DNA from: Hormiphora californensis
Lineage: Eukaryota; Animalia; Ctenophora
NCBI GenBank assembly: GCA_020137815.1
Contig: CM035354.1
Location: 3,162,001-3,226,000, forward strand
DNA length: 64,000 bases
Direction: 5' to 3'
Position numbers and translations under genes: made by a program
Part shown: in pieces, positions 38,333 to 51,401 of the stretch
How positions within the stretch are numbered: position 1 is the stretch's first letter
Layout of the letters: every line of letters begins with the position of its first letter
The notes under the pieces: model-generated
Told to the model about the DNA's origin: nothing
Databases searched by the model: none
Seen by the model: the letters and a program-made list of their open reading frames with translations, nothing else

Positions 38333-41300
38333 ATGTATTTCCAGAACGGCTCCCCGACCACTCTTATCCACTCGTCAGAGGTAAATATAGTAACTAAGTG
38401 AAACTGTTTGAGGTAAATATAGTTTCATAGTTCAATCCAATAAACAAGGAAAACACGAGTAATTTTGTTACATACTTGGAAATAAGTTCAATCCATTCGT
38501 CACAGTCATGAACTCCCTTTTTTATGAACAAAAATCTCATTTTCAGCAACTGCTGTGTATACGAAGTAGTCCAGATCGTCAGTTTATTGCCGTGTGTTCA
38601 GCAAATACTCTTGAGATATGGAAACACTCCTCTTCGACAAAGTTAGTGTTGCACAGAGGGTGGTGTGTGAATTTGAATTTATATTTTCACAACAGTGATC
38701 TGATTCTCTTGTTATGTTCATTCTGAGTAAAATATAATTCTCTAGGTTATTCGGGTACAAGCGGAATGATTCTATCAGAGATTATGGGGTCAACAAATTC
38801 CTCTGCTGGAGAAGTAACGGTGCGGGTATAGCCGTTGTCACAGACAAAGGGTTTATCATACTTTTCCAGGTAGGCAGAAATATGTTTCTATATCTTTTTT
38901 TTCTGATACAAATGTTATGTCAATGTGCAGAATTATGTCAGTTGACAGTTCGTTCACTGACTATGATCCTTTGCTGCTAATCAGTTATCCCTCACTAACG
39001 AGTTAAGCGCCACTGTTAGCCAAGCATCCCCCACTCCTAATCCCCGTTCTCCCCCACTGCAGGTACGGGTTGACGTCTCCTGTCCCAATTCCTACCAGTT
39101 CACAGAAAACAGGGAGATCCTATCTGACACCCCCTCTATTGAAACCCTAACAGTAGAAGCCTCTGTAGTGATAGATGCTGAGGGGGAAGTTGCCTCCCTT
39201 GCCGCTCTCAATGATGACATTGTCTCGGTTACAACCCTGGGTGGTTCCCTCCGACAGTTCCTTTGGGATGGCACCATGTTAGAGGAATTCGAGTGCGAGA
39301 TATCCCAGTTTTACTTTACAGATCCAACCGAGCACTCCTACATCCCTGACAATGACCTGCATATCACCAGTATGTGCTACAGTCAGACACTGGAGATAGC
39401 CGCTGTCACCCTGTCTAACGGCCGTGCTGCTTACCTGTCCTCCAGCGAGTATTTCAAACCGGGCACGGTCCATGCCCTCCTTGCTCCTACCCTCACTTCC
39501 CAGGCTTGTGCGTCATCCATTAACCCCCGGTATCACTTGGTTGTGTTTGGTACCACAACAGGGGAAGTAGTTGTGTTCGTGTTAAATTATGATAACGGGC
39601 TACTAAACCAGTCTCACCGCCTGACGCTCACTGTGGAGGGCCATGTTGATAAGAGTGCTGTTGTCCAGTTGTTCTGGACACCCGAGGGATCGTGTCTGTG
39701 TGCCGTGTTAGAGAGTGGAGCTATGGCAATGTGGTCGGTGTATGGAACCCTCCTATACATCTCCCCTCGGAAGGTGACATGCGGTAGCTGGGACTCTGAA
39801 GGGTACAATCTGTGGGTGACAGCTGGTGATAGAATCATGAAAATACCATTTTTAAAGAGTCCACTAACAGTAAACACGGTGACAAACAATCAACAACACG
39901 TCATCCTGCAGTCTGCTACTCAGGTGTTTATCCTACCCAACCAGTTCCCTCCTAAGACGGGTTTATCAGTATATGGGAGTATCTACCAGGAAGAGGCAGG
40001 GACAAATAGCACCCCCTACCAATCATTCATTGCATCTCTGGGGAGTCCTCTTGAAAACTGGCCCTGGCAGGTGATCAAAGTACCTGATATCTACATCTCG
40101 GGGAACAGCCCAATACGATATGTTGCTATCGGGGCGTCTGGACAGTGTACCGCGGTTGCCGGGACGACAGGATTCGCGTTTTACATCTCCGCCAAAACAC
40201 CGTTGGAGGTGTTTTGGGAACGAGGCCCAGGAGCGGAGTCTCGGTAGTTCGGGGTGGTATGTTGTGGTGGAGAGGTGTGCTTAATTGTGGCTGGATATCA
40301 CCCTGACACTAAAGGAGAGCAAGTTATACATGTACCCGCATCACAATAGTATTGACCAGAATTGTGTAGTGTGTTCCATTCCTCTTACCTGCCCGGCCTA
40401 TCACGATCAACACCCATGATAACCATTTAGCTGTGCTGACAGGGAACAGCAAGCTCACCATTTTCACCCTGTCCTCTAACCGGTGTCACCCTCCCTGGAC
40501 GTTCAGATATCATATCGGAAGATCTTGGAGTTCTCAGTTGCCAAGTATACCCCGCACCCGTGTGCGGTGATTAGTGTTCACTTGACACCCATTGGGAATG
40601 ATGCGGCAGTTGGGGGTGGTGCGGTTAGGTCGGTGTTGCTGAACGTGGCGGGGAAATTGTTACTCTTCGATATTAGTGGTACGTGACATCCTCCCTAAGT
40701 GTAGATTGTATAATGTATAGCGCTCACTATGTGTATATTTGACACGCTGTGTACCTGAACAATCATTCAAGTGTGTAGAGTATAAGTAGAGTCACTTAGA
40801 TCAGAAATTATAATATTTGCATCTTATCATATTGCCAAGGAGGAATTATCCCACCATTTCTTATAACCAAGTCACCTTTATATTATCTTTACCAGGTGGT
40901 ATTAACGAGATGGGCCGACCTGTAACGATTGCCAGTAACGTGGAGGGTGTATGGTGTCCACCCCGACCCTCCCGTTACCTTGGCTCCTCCCTCTGGATGA
41001 ACTGTGGGGTACGGGGTGTAAAGGTGTGGTTACCGTTACACGAGGGGGGTAGTGGTGGTTGTCATGACAACAACGATAACAACATGGCAGTGTTAACCAG
41101 TGCTAGGAGGACCCTGTTAACCGTTAACCAGAGTGTGTATCCCCTTGTTATACATCATCACGAGGCTGCCCTGTTAGGTACGTGTGAACTTCAATCTTCT
41201 TCTCTGTTTAGAGAGGAAAAGAGGGCGGGATCGGTTTCCAAGAAATAAAGTAGAGATTACCATCGTTACCATGTTAACTGTTAACAGTCCCAGATATTGC

Positions 41301-43360
41301 CTCCTTTCCTAGGTATCCCGAATGAAACACTCAAGTGTCGGAGCGAGACGTTTCTGCACAATCTCCTTCACCAACTGATCATCAAAAACTTGGAGAGACA
41401 TGCTTATGAGATAGCTAAAATGTGCTCTGACCTGCCCTACTTTCACCATACCCTGGAGCTAATGATTCACAAGGTACACTGGGAACTGCAACAATCTTGT
41501 TATTGGTTTAGGGAATACTTCTACACAAACACACGCCCTTCTCTATCTGTCCTTAAAATTCCAGACATCAGAAAGTGGTTGTCACTACTACACAATACTC
41601 TCCTGTAGGCCCTTGAAGCGGACATGGCACGGGGTGTCCACTATCTGGAGGATGAACCTGTGTTACCCCACATAATAAGATACATGAGAGTCCTGCCCCA
41701 ATACCTGTCAGCAGTGGCGCACTGTGCCCGGAAAACAGAGATGACACAGTGGGGATACCTGTTTCAATGTACTGGTCTTGTTACTGTGAGTGTGATATGG
41801 TGAACAAAAACAATTGAAACTCCAAATTGCAAAAGTCCCTTACCCTATCTCCAAACACATCCCTCCACCACTAACTAAACTACCCTCTCCTCACCTCAAC
41901 CACCCACTAACACACCCTCCAGCACCCACCTAAACCCCCCCCCCCCCCATTCAGGATCTCCTGGATGAGTGTCTTGTAGGTGGATCCCTTGACACTGCCA
42001 TCCTCTACCTGCTAGTTCTTCAGAACCTACACCCACTACCAGTCAGCCGTCAGTACACCGTCAGACTCCTCCAGGCCGCGGTCAAGGAACACAGATGGGA
42101 CTTGGCGGTCGATTTGGAGCGGTTTCTACAGGTCATTAGTCAGGAACATGAGACGTATTCCAGGCAGCTGTCCAAGAAGTTAAGCAACACATCCGACCTA
42201 GCTGGCAGGTAATTGGTTTTTCAGTTGTTTGTGTTCTAATAATATAAGTTCTAACCCTCCTTCGCATTTGTAAAAGAGTTTCCCGGGCGGGGCGCGGGAA
42301 ACAGGGTCGAGCAAGGCAATATAACGTTGGTGTTTCAGTTGTATGTTTTTCCCATCGTGTTCTTTTTCTTGATAATTCATCCCTTTTTTTGTAGGTTGCG
42401 TCGATCCTCAGAGAGTTACGACCTAGACGACCAAGATACGACGCCCACCCCCACAGCTGTAACACCCGTCACGCCCAAACCTGGTCCAATTGATATGCAG
42501 CAGATGTTTAGTGACCGGCAATGTGCAGATCAGGTTGTAACTCCCCACGCACACCACCTCCTCCTGACATGCCAGTTCTCGGCACTGGGGGAGATGTCCT
42601 TCCATCTCCTATCATTCTCTCTGGCGGATTATTTGATGAAGGAGCACAAGAATTTACCGGAAATAACGGATCCCAGTCACGTGTTCATGTGCATCCATGA
42701 AGATTTCAGCTGGCCTTACCCAGATAAGTTACCCGCTATTTTGTCACACCCCAAGGTATGTGATCAGATCACGACAGCCTCGGATGGGTCTGATAGTAGG
42801 TGGGGCGATGGAGGGGGTGGGGACTACGGAGAGTGTTAGCTCCTCATTCTACTCAGAGTGTAGGGTATCCATCAGCCCTGAGCAGCTGAGTGAGGCTCTG
42901 AAACGAGGCTCTAGAGGAAAACTGAACGAAAGTTGACATTCTTTTTGGATCACTTTAAAACGGCCAAAGTGACATCATACTGGCTTACTTATTTGCTCTG
43001 GCCTTACGAGATGTAACATCGATAGTAGAACTAGTTCAAGATGGACACCTCCCTTCTTTCTATCCTTATGGCAGTCAACTTCCTGGTCAGAACAGGAAAG
43101 TCCTGGGATACTCCCTCTTCCTACAGACCCTAAAACCCCTCCTATCGCCTCTATTCCCTATCCAACAGCAGTCTGAGCTAATGCCCTTGGTTCGTGTGTC
43201 CTCCCGGTCATCAATTAACTCTGTATCTAGCAACGATAGGACGTTGGAGCGAGCAATTGAGGGGTTGAGTGTCCGTCCGGCTGATAGGCTGAGTGAGAGC
43301 CCAGCACGGACAGTGCATGTTACTCGCGAACAGTATGAAAATGGGTGCGCTGTGACATGA
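38333..43360 (+). CDS. RIC1: RAB6A-GEF complex partner RIC1, multi-exon, with several apparent indels (~40200-40450, ~42830-43020)
   Basis: Starts MYFQNGSP; WD-like propeller (WTPEG, WDSEGYNLW), GVKVWLPL, LPYFHHTLELMIHKAL, VAHCARKTEMTQWGYLF, LDTAILYLLVLQNL; ends in CAVT* (CaaX-like). Confidence 0.93.
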
Positions 43361-43541
43361 TGCACACGTGGTATTTTAGTGGGTATAATAGGAGTTAAAA
43401 GTATTCGCAGGTCATTAAGATAGTACATAGATACATCCGAATATTTCACAATTAAATTAGGATATAAATTCAATTTAAACTATGTGTTGGTTAAACAATT
43501 AGATAACATAAGTATAACGGGTGCCTTCAATTCATCATTAA

Positions 43542-44850
43542 GGGTACACCTGGCGTTTTTCATCATCGAGTGCCCAACCAAATGACTTCACCAGGGTTTA
43601 GGTCATACAAAATGGACCTCAAATATGCAATTTTAGCCCTAAAGTCGAATTCATATTTTTGCTACAGCCTATTTTCAAAGTGGCGTTTTTTCAATTTTTG
43701 TTGGAATTTTTAACCTCAGGACCACTTTTTTTGAGATAGAAACATTAAATTCTTGGAATTTGAAGAGAATATAAAGGTGAATAAGCCCAAAGAAGGATTT
43801 TTGAAATGGAGCTTATTTCTGGCCATGAGAAGGGTTTACTTTTTTGCTTCTTTGACACGCTGGCTGAGAATGTTCCCATGCTTCATTAGAGATGAAAATC
43901 TGGAAATAGTTGCTCAAAACGATTATCTATGTGGCCCAAAAATTTTGGAACTTTCCCGCGAAAGATGTGGTGTACAGAGCTTGTTTTGTGAAACCCGTCT
44001 TTTTGAAAAAGAGAGGAATTCCCTGTATCTCCAAAACGGATGATCGTAGAGACCTAGGACCAAGCTTAATCGATTCAGAAGGTCCGATTTTGGGGGGGGG
44101 GGGGTCTTCAAAGAGACATTTTGCTCCTACTCCAACCGTTTTTGCTGTAATTGCAAAAAACCAATTCTATGAAAAGGGGGAACAACTCTATTCCAGTAGC
44201 CTGCTTCGGGCTGATTTCCCCCTTACTTGCTGATACCTTTTTCGCAATTACAGCAAAAACGGTTGGAGTAAGAGCAAAATGTCTCTTAGAAGACCCCCCC
44301 AAAATCGGACCTTCTGAATCGATTAAGCTTGGTCCTAGGTCTCTACGATCATCCGTTTTGGAGATACAGGGAATTCCTCTCTTTTTCAAAAAGACGGGTT
44401 TCACAAAACAAGCTCTGTACACCACATCTTTCGCGGGAAAGTTCCAAAATTTTTGGGCCACATAGATAATCGTTTTGAGCAACTATTTCCAGATTTTCAT
44501 CTCTAATGAAGCATGGGAACATTCTCAGCCAGCGTGTCAAAGAAGCAAAAAAGTAAACCCTTCTCATGGCCAGAAATAAGCTCCATTTCAAAAATCCTTC
44601 TTTGGGCTTATTCACCTTTATATTCTCTTCAAATTCCAAGAATTTAATGTTTCTATCTCAAAAAAAGTGGTCCTGAGGTTAAAAATTCCAACAAAAATTG
44701 AAAAAACGCCACTTTGAAAATAGGCTGTAGCAAAAATATGAATTCGACTTTAGGGCTAAAATTGCATATTTGAGGTCCATTTTGTATGACCTAAACCCTG
44801 GTGAAGTCATTTGGTTGGGCACTCGATGATGAAAAACGCCAGGTGTACCC
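43542..44850. mobile_element. Non-autonomous foldback DNA transposon (Kolobok-like), ~615-bp TIRs
   Basis: TTAA at 43538-43541 and 44851-44854; termini GGGTACACC..GGTGTACCC. Mirrored identical 96-aa ORFs (43753..44043 +, 44349..44639 -) confirm arm identity; ~80-bp spacer. Confidence 0.9.
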
Positions 44851-45059
44851 TTAATTGTGTAAGTTGTGATATATTATGCTGATAAAATGTTTTTTGTATA
44901 GAGCTGCTAACATTTTGACTGTATATTGCTGTAGAACAGCCACAATACAACCTAAACACGTGCTTTATTACTAGCGTTTCTGGAAACCTCTCCTCAATTA
45001 TAGTTGCCTAGCCACTTTGTGACAAGTCCCTATCTTCCCCTATTTAGAGTTTAGAGATC

Positions 45060-47229
45060 ATGTATTGGTTGGTTAGTGTACCGCGTGAGGACGGGCAGCA
45101 ACAGTGGGCTCGGCTTCACGAGAACACCAAGACCATGGCAACGGTTGCTAAGTTCAACCTTCCAAATCTAAAGGTAACTATCCCAATCGAACTTGAAATA
45201 ATATTTTAGATTTTACTGATATCTTAATTAACTAACTAATTACCCACTATTATACTAATCCCTTCTCCAGGTTGGTACCCTGGATGCTCTTATGTCCATG
45301 TCGGATGACCTGGCCAAATTGGACGGGTACACAGAGCAAGTAATGGTGAAACTGTACAACTTCCTGGCTCACACCCTGGAAGAGGATGATCTTCAGAAAC
45401 TACCTGACTTTACTAAAGTTAACAATAAGGTAATATAGCGAAACTTCCTGACTTTACTTAAGTTAACAATAAGGTAACATAGAGAAACTACCTGACTTTA
45501 CTTAAGTTAACAATAAGGTAACACACAGCCCATCTGTTACTAATATCAAAACCGTCCAGATATAACTTCTGCACTTATGAATGTAAGTGTCTCTATTTCT
45601 TCCTCTCTCCAGGATCTGAAGTCATACTGTTACACATTTGTCTGGGATGTTGCCAAGTTCCCTACCAAGCTGTCAATCAAGGAGATCCATGATATTATCG
45701 CCAAGAACATGACCAAGATTGAGAAGGATTTCAAGAGTAAGAGCACGACCTTCAACAATCTGAAAACCAACTTGATACAGCACCAGAAGAAGGAATCTGG
45801 TAATCTTGTGACGAGGAACCTCGCCACAATCGTCAAGGAAGAGGTATTTGTAGATTCTGTAATTGTGGAACACGAGATAAAATATGTCCTGGTATCAGTA
45901 ACATAGGGTTGTTCCATTTATTTTATGAATTCATTCAAGAATCTCTATAATGTTAAGTTGATCAAAGATTGTATTTCTTTGCAGGATTTCGTTAACGAAA
46001 GTGAGTATCTGATAACAGTGTGTGTGGTTGTACCCAAGAACTCGGTCAAGGAGTGGGAAAACAGCTACTGGAAACTGGCTGATTTTGTGGTCCCTCAGTC
46101 TAGTGAGATGATCTACGAGGAGGGAGATCAGGTATTCTTCTGGGTTCTAGTTCGGGGTGGTACTGCCAGTGTAGTGCTTCGATCGGTTGGCCCATCTCGC
46201 GGGGAGACAGAACGAATAGTAATGATAATAGTACAGTTGTTCTGAGATTCGGGGGAGCCGGGAGAGAGAGAGAGGTTTTGTCTACATTGTAAACTACCTG
46301 TGGATTGAATTAAACAGCCCTTATTTGCAGTTGCTGTACAATGTTACCATGTTTAGGAAGACTCTGGATGCCTTCAAAACTAATGCTCGAGAGAGAAAGT
46401 TCATTGTCAGGTAATAAGAAGAAGAAGATCAATTTCTAAATTTTACAGATCTAAATTATGAACAATAATTAGACCTAACTCCGTCTCCTTTATGCAGGGA
46501 CTTTACATTCAGTAAGACAGTTATTGAGAAACAGAGAACAGAGGCCACTAACCTGGAGAAAGCTAAGAACAAGGCCTACCCTCCACTCATCAAATGGCTG
46601 AAGGGTAACTTTAGTGAGGCCTTCCTGAACTGGACCCATGTCAAAGCTTTGAGATTGTTCACTGAAAGTGTCCTCAGATACGGTCTTCCTGCAACATTCA
46701 TGGTAAGATGTTCCTTTCTGTTTCATGTTGGTATGTCTGTGTGTGTGTTTGTACTTCTCACTTTTTAGCTCTCTCTCTGTGACACAGACACGCTATGTAC
46801 ACAGATACACACAAAGTGACACTTTATCAGGTGTTTACATGAATTCTTCTAATCAGTTGTTTATATTTCCCCCCGCAGACGGCAATTCTCGAACCAAACA
46901 AGAAGTCAGAAAAGAAGCTTAGAGAGAAACTGTTTGCGATGTATGGAACTCTGGACAAGAATGCCTCGGATAATACGGATGTAAGTTTTTTTAATGTCTT
47001 TGTTCCTTCTAATGTCTGCAGTCGTTCATACAACTGCAGAGTACAGCTCTGTGTAAGATGTGTAAGATGTGTGTTATGTGTAACTGTAAGTACTGCTTCG
47101 TTTATAAATTATAACCTCCCTAATTTTCAGATTGGTGATATTCCTGCCATGTTCCTGACGGGTGACTACTACCCCTACGTTTACTTTGATGTCAACACGG
47201 CCTTTGTAGAGAATGTCAGGGACTTTTAG
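45060..47229 (+). CDS. ATP6V1C1: V-type proton ATPase subunit C, multi-exon
   Basis: MYWLVSVP, KFNLPNLK|VGTLDALMSMSDDLAKLD, FVWDVAKFP, GNLVTRNL, ESEYLITVCVVVPK, FVVPQSS, WLKGNFSEAF..HVKALRLFTESVLRYGLP, YYPYVYF. Confidence 0.96.
45396..45521 (+). repeat. Triplicated 44-bp exon-end/5' splice donor unit
   Basis: gaaact(a/t)cctgactttact(a/t)aagttaacaataaggtaa occurs at 45396, 45440 and 45484. Confidence 0.93.
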
Positions 47230-47659
47230 GTTCAAGTTAACGCTATTCACTCTCCCCTGGACTGTGTGTGACAGTGTACCATTTTGTGGCAATTCAGTCT
47301 TTAAACGTAGCGCGCGCGTCTCGCCGTACTAGTGAAAGTGTGCATTGTCCCCAATGACCTATTTCCGTCCGCTGCGCACGTGTTTCTAACTCTGGATTCT
47401 ATCTTATTAGAGACTTCATTTTGGACTCTTTTGGAAGAGGTTAACAGACTGTAAATTATTGAGACTCTGAGGTAGTGGAATTTCTTGATCTTGTGTGAAA
47501 TGAGTTGTATTGAACTGTTACGCTGGCGTAACAATCTTTTTGAGCTTTTGTAATTGTAAGAGTTTGCTCTTTGTGAAATCTTGATTTAACAACTCTTTAC
47601 TAAAGGAAAATAAATTGTTTGATAAGCTTTTTAAGGACAAATTGGCTCAGAAATATCAC

Positions 47660-47850
47660 CGTCAAAATCACATATCACCAGAATTGTCATGCGCGCGAAA
47701 TATTTGCGCGTAATAACGCCGCGCGCAAATTTACCGGCAAAATTGCAAAAATAAAAGTTAAGAAACCAGAAAATCCAAGATGGCCGACAAAACTTTAACG
47801 TCTCCGACACGTTTAACGTTCCGAAATCGGGAACCTGGTCACGTATTGCC
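47660..47850 (+). promoter_or_regulatory. Putative CFAP161 promoter
   Basis: gcgcgcgaaatatttgcgcg and cgccgcgcgc cluster; YY1-like aagatggccg at 47777. Confidence 0.5.
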
Positions 47851-47908
47851 GTTAATTAGACTGAATAATGTTCCCTAAAAATTTGCAAAATGTTTTAGAT
47901 TCATTATC

Positions 47909-49695
47909 ATGGCAACACGAACATACAATCCTGCGGTTAGGGTGGGAAATTGGATCGAGGATGTGCAGCTGGAGGAAGACATCATCAAGGACTTTCAGGA
48001 GAAGAAGGAGTCTGGTAATCTTCTCATCCAGAAAACTCAGAATGTGATGACAAACTTGCTTCGAGCGGTAAGATAATATCCTTAAATAGTGAAATATGAA
48101 TGATGGAAGAAAAAACCCGAAATATTGATAACTGAAAGCCGGCATTTTTGTCGACAATCATAGGAACCAAATCAATCTTAGACTTGTATCATTTTCTTGG
48201 CAGGAGAATCTCTCTGAATCTCGGGAGGGAGGTGTGCTAATGTTCGGTGACAGGATCAACCTACAGCACATAGAAACGAGTGCTGTTTTGTCGGCCAAGA
48301 TTTCTAATTTACAATCGTGTGCAGAACTTAAAAATCCCTGTGAAGTTTCAGCTTCTCAGATGACCTCACCGTGTCCCAGAAACGTTTTCCAAATATGCAG
48401 GTAATTATTGGTAATACATAAAGCGGGGTGGAGAACTGCTGAATATCATGTCACTTGTCAACTGTCTAGTTTTCTGTTTTAGGTTTTTACCGACCCTCCA
48501 TTAGTTAATATGTAGTACTCCTACTTTTCTTTTTGTTCAACAAACTTTTCTGAGTGAAAGCGAAGAAGGGTTTGGTGCGAACTGTCAAGGTTTTTAGTGT
48601 GTTTAGGTCTTAGTCTGTTAAAGTGAAAACTCCTTCGGCCTTCCGATTTTCGCATGTTCTTGAGAATCGATCAAAAAGAGCGAAACAGATCGGCTTCTTG
48701 TAGCTCTAGATTAGCACATATATGTATGTGTCAAGTTTTTATGTGGCCTATAATACCAGCCAAGATACGCACAAAAACCTCATCTAAATAGTAAATGTTA
48801 ACTTCTTTCAGTGTTGACGGTGAAATTCCGAAAAGGCCACTTTGCTACGGTCAGAAGTTCATCATGAGGACACTCCCTGGGCCTGGATCCGAGGTATTAT
48901 TTAAATTGGGTCCCTAGTATCGAACTAGTTAACCAATTTCCTTCTACTCTCTTTTCTCAGAGATGAGAGAGGAACAAGGATTCGATACTGAATCAGTATG
49001 TCTACCTCTGTCCTCTACCATTTATCGAAGTATCAGTATTACTCATACTAGACTAAAAATGAGTGGAGTTCAGCTTAACAGTTCCCATGTCTAACTACAT
49101 ATTTTCTCCTCAGTTGAATCTCTGGTCGGACAGAGCAACATTTACAAAATGTGCTCCTAAATCCCGACATCCCATGGTACAGCTGTCCAGCGAATCTTCC
49201 TGGAATGTCGTTTGGCAAGTTCTATGTCGTAACCCTCTCGTTCGAATGGAGGTAAGTGCTTGGAGAACTTTACTCCGAATCATATTTCATGAAATACTTG
49301 TGGTGTTAATGATGTCATTAAGCCATGAAGTTACCACGATACACCCTCTCCTAGATGGAAGGTCGGCCTGTGCGAGTTGGGGAGCCAGTGGTTATCAATC
49401 ATTGTAATACCAACCAAAACCTCGCCTGTATGAGCCAATATAGAACCAGGTGAGTTAAACACCGACCGGAACAGTTTTAGAACTTACAAGCAATCCGATT
49501 TTTAATCGTTGAAATCTTTGTGGTAGAGTTGGAAATAACAGTTTAAATACTTCTAAAATCGTTTAAATGCAGATCATTTTCAGGACACCATACGGTTCGG
49601 ATATGGAGGTTTGTTGCAAGACCGTCCTAGATTCGCACAAGGCTGAGACGCAGGAAAACATCTGGCGACTGGTCGCCGGATCTGACCAACAGTAG
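47909..49695 (+). CDS. CFAP161: Cilia- and flagella-associated protein 161, 6 exons
   Basis: MATRTYNPAVRVGNWIEDVQLEEDIIKDFQEKKESGNLLIQK, PCPRNVFQI, LCYGQKF, RMEMEGRPVRVGEPVVINHCNTNQNL, EVCCKTVLDSHKAETQENIW. Confidence 0.92.
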
Positions 49696-50181
49696 TTTAA
49701 CTCTTCTTTGCCCCGATATTGAAGAAGAGAGAGAGACTCTGAGAGAGAGAGAGAATGAAGGACTAATGACTACATGATGACTTTGCGTGACTACTTATAA
49801 TAGAGATTTTTCCATTTCTTTCCCCTGCTATTCCAATTGACTGTATTATAAAGCTTTACTATGTGTTTACTCTGCCACAGAGCTCTCAGAAACCCAGAGT
49901 TTTCCTCTCTCACCCGGGACAGGTGTTAGTTAGAGCACGTGCTGGAGCCTAGGGAGCTGCACCTGCTGCTCAGTGACGGGGGGAAAGATTATAATCAATC
50001 ACAGCACTTCCACTATCATCTTCAGGGGGTGTGATAATCACCCTTTGCTAAGAGTGCTAAGGGTGGTCATCCGGATTTGGCTTCAACGTCATTTGCAGCT
50101 ACATCACTGTTTCCTAACTGTCTGTTGCAGCTACCACTCTACCGATCACTATTTCCCAAGTACCTAACTTTGTTTGTTGTG

Positions 50182-51401
50182 ATGGAGATAGTTGAGCCCA
50201 TTCCAGATAACCATCTCATCCATGATAACAGCTCGGATAAATGTCCAGCTGCACCGGATTGTCCGTGTATACGTTGAGAATCCCTGGGAGGGGTACCTGT
50301 ATAGTGGGATCTGTGCTGCCCTGGGTACCCAGAGTATCATCCTAAATTACGTCATCCTAGGCCTTCTACTACCGGCAGTACAACAGCAGTAACCGAGTCA
50401 TCCCATTCATGTACCGGATTATATCCACATTTGACCTTCTCTCTGGATTTCACTGGCTTCCTAAACGCCGGCTACTTCGCTATTCTAGTCAGTGATTCAT
50501 TGAAAGGTGTTATCTGTGGTGAGAGGTGGTTATCACTTTTTGAGGTTCATTATGGTAACAAGTTATCTCTGCACGGCATTCTTTTCGAATACCACTGTCT
50601 TCCTTCATACTGTCCTGACAGTGGTACGATGTATTCAATATCAGTGCACCCTTCTACCAACCATGGCTTAGGTCTCATCAAGGCTGTCCTGGCGTGCTTA
50701 TCTCGGATTCATGTTCGCCGTTTCTCTCAATTGAAACTGTCGTGTTTCTTGCAACGGGTGGGTTCACGGAGCAGTACTTCTATTACGCTCTCTTTGTTCG
50801 ATTCACCATGTTTACAAAGTGGCTGTTGATGCACAATCATGGTAATCTGGTATTCTACCTTCACATCATACTCGACCTAGTGATCCCTTTTGTCGTTCCT
50901 TGCGTCATTTGCAGTGTCTGTCTCGTGATCCTCGTTTACACATTGGCAGTTCGAGCTAGTCATGCGCCACCGGGAGGACAGGCCCACACCCAAAACCATA
51001 TAACCCGGACCGTGACCCTCCTAACAGCGCTCTTTGTCCTCTGCAACTCAGTCCATATGACCCTGATTTGCCTCCAAAGGGTCATGAATATTATGAGTAC
51101 AACTAATATGTACAGCGGCAAGGCAATGTTTCTCGTTTCCTGTATGGTCCCCCTATTCAACTCGGCGGTCAATGCTCTCATCTTTATACTCAGAAGTGAG
51201 TCGCTCTTCGCCTTTCTTCGAACCAGCTTCCGGACCTTCACCTTCCACAAGGATATGATCAAATCGGGAGGGAGAAAGAAATCCCCTGTTTACAGCCGGA
51301 GAGAGGAGGAGCTACCGCCCCGTATGAAATCAGCAACTCGTACAACCTCTAGAACTGATGTAGTGGTGGAAATAGCAATTTCAACAATCCAACGGAACTA
51401 A
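50182..51401 (+). CDS. Divergent rhodopsin-class 7TM receptor, intronless, multiple frameshifts in the 5' half (possible pseudogene)
   Basis: Hydrophobic helices spread across ORFs 50192.., 50431.. and 50694..51401; TM5 VIPFVVPCVIC, TM6 ITRTVTLLTALFVLCNS, TM7 PLFNSAVNALIFILRS. Confidence 0.7.

Noticed and set aside
38396-38425. Spliced-leader RNA gene (tttgag|gtaa)
   Set aside because: Explained as a local duplication of the RIC1 exon-1 donor; no leader-like upstream sequence.
43753-44639. Mirrored 96-124 aa ORFs as real genes or a transposase
   Set aside because: They are by-products of the inverted repeat, with non-ATG starts and no recognisable motifs.
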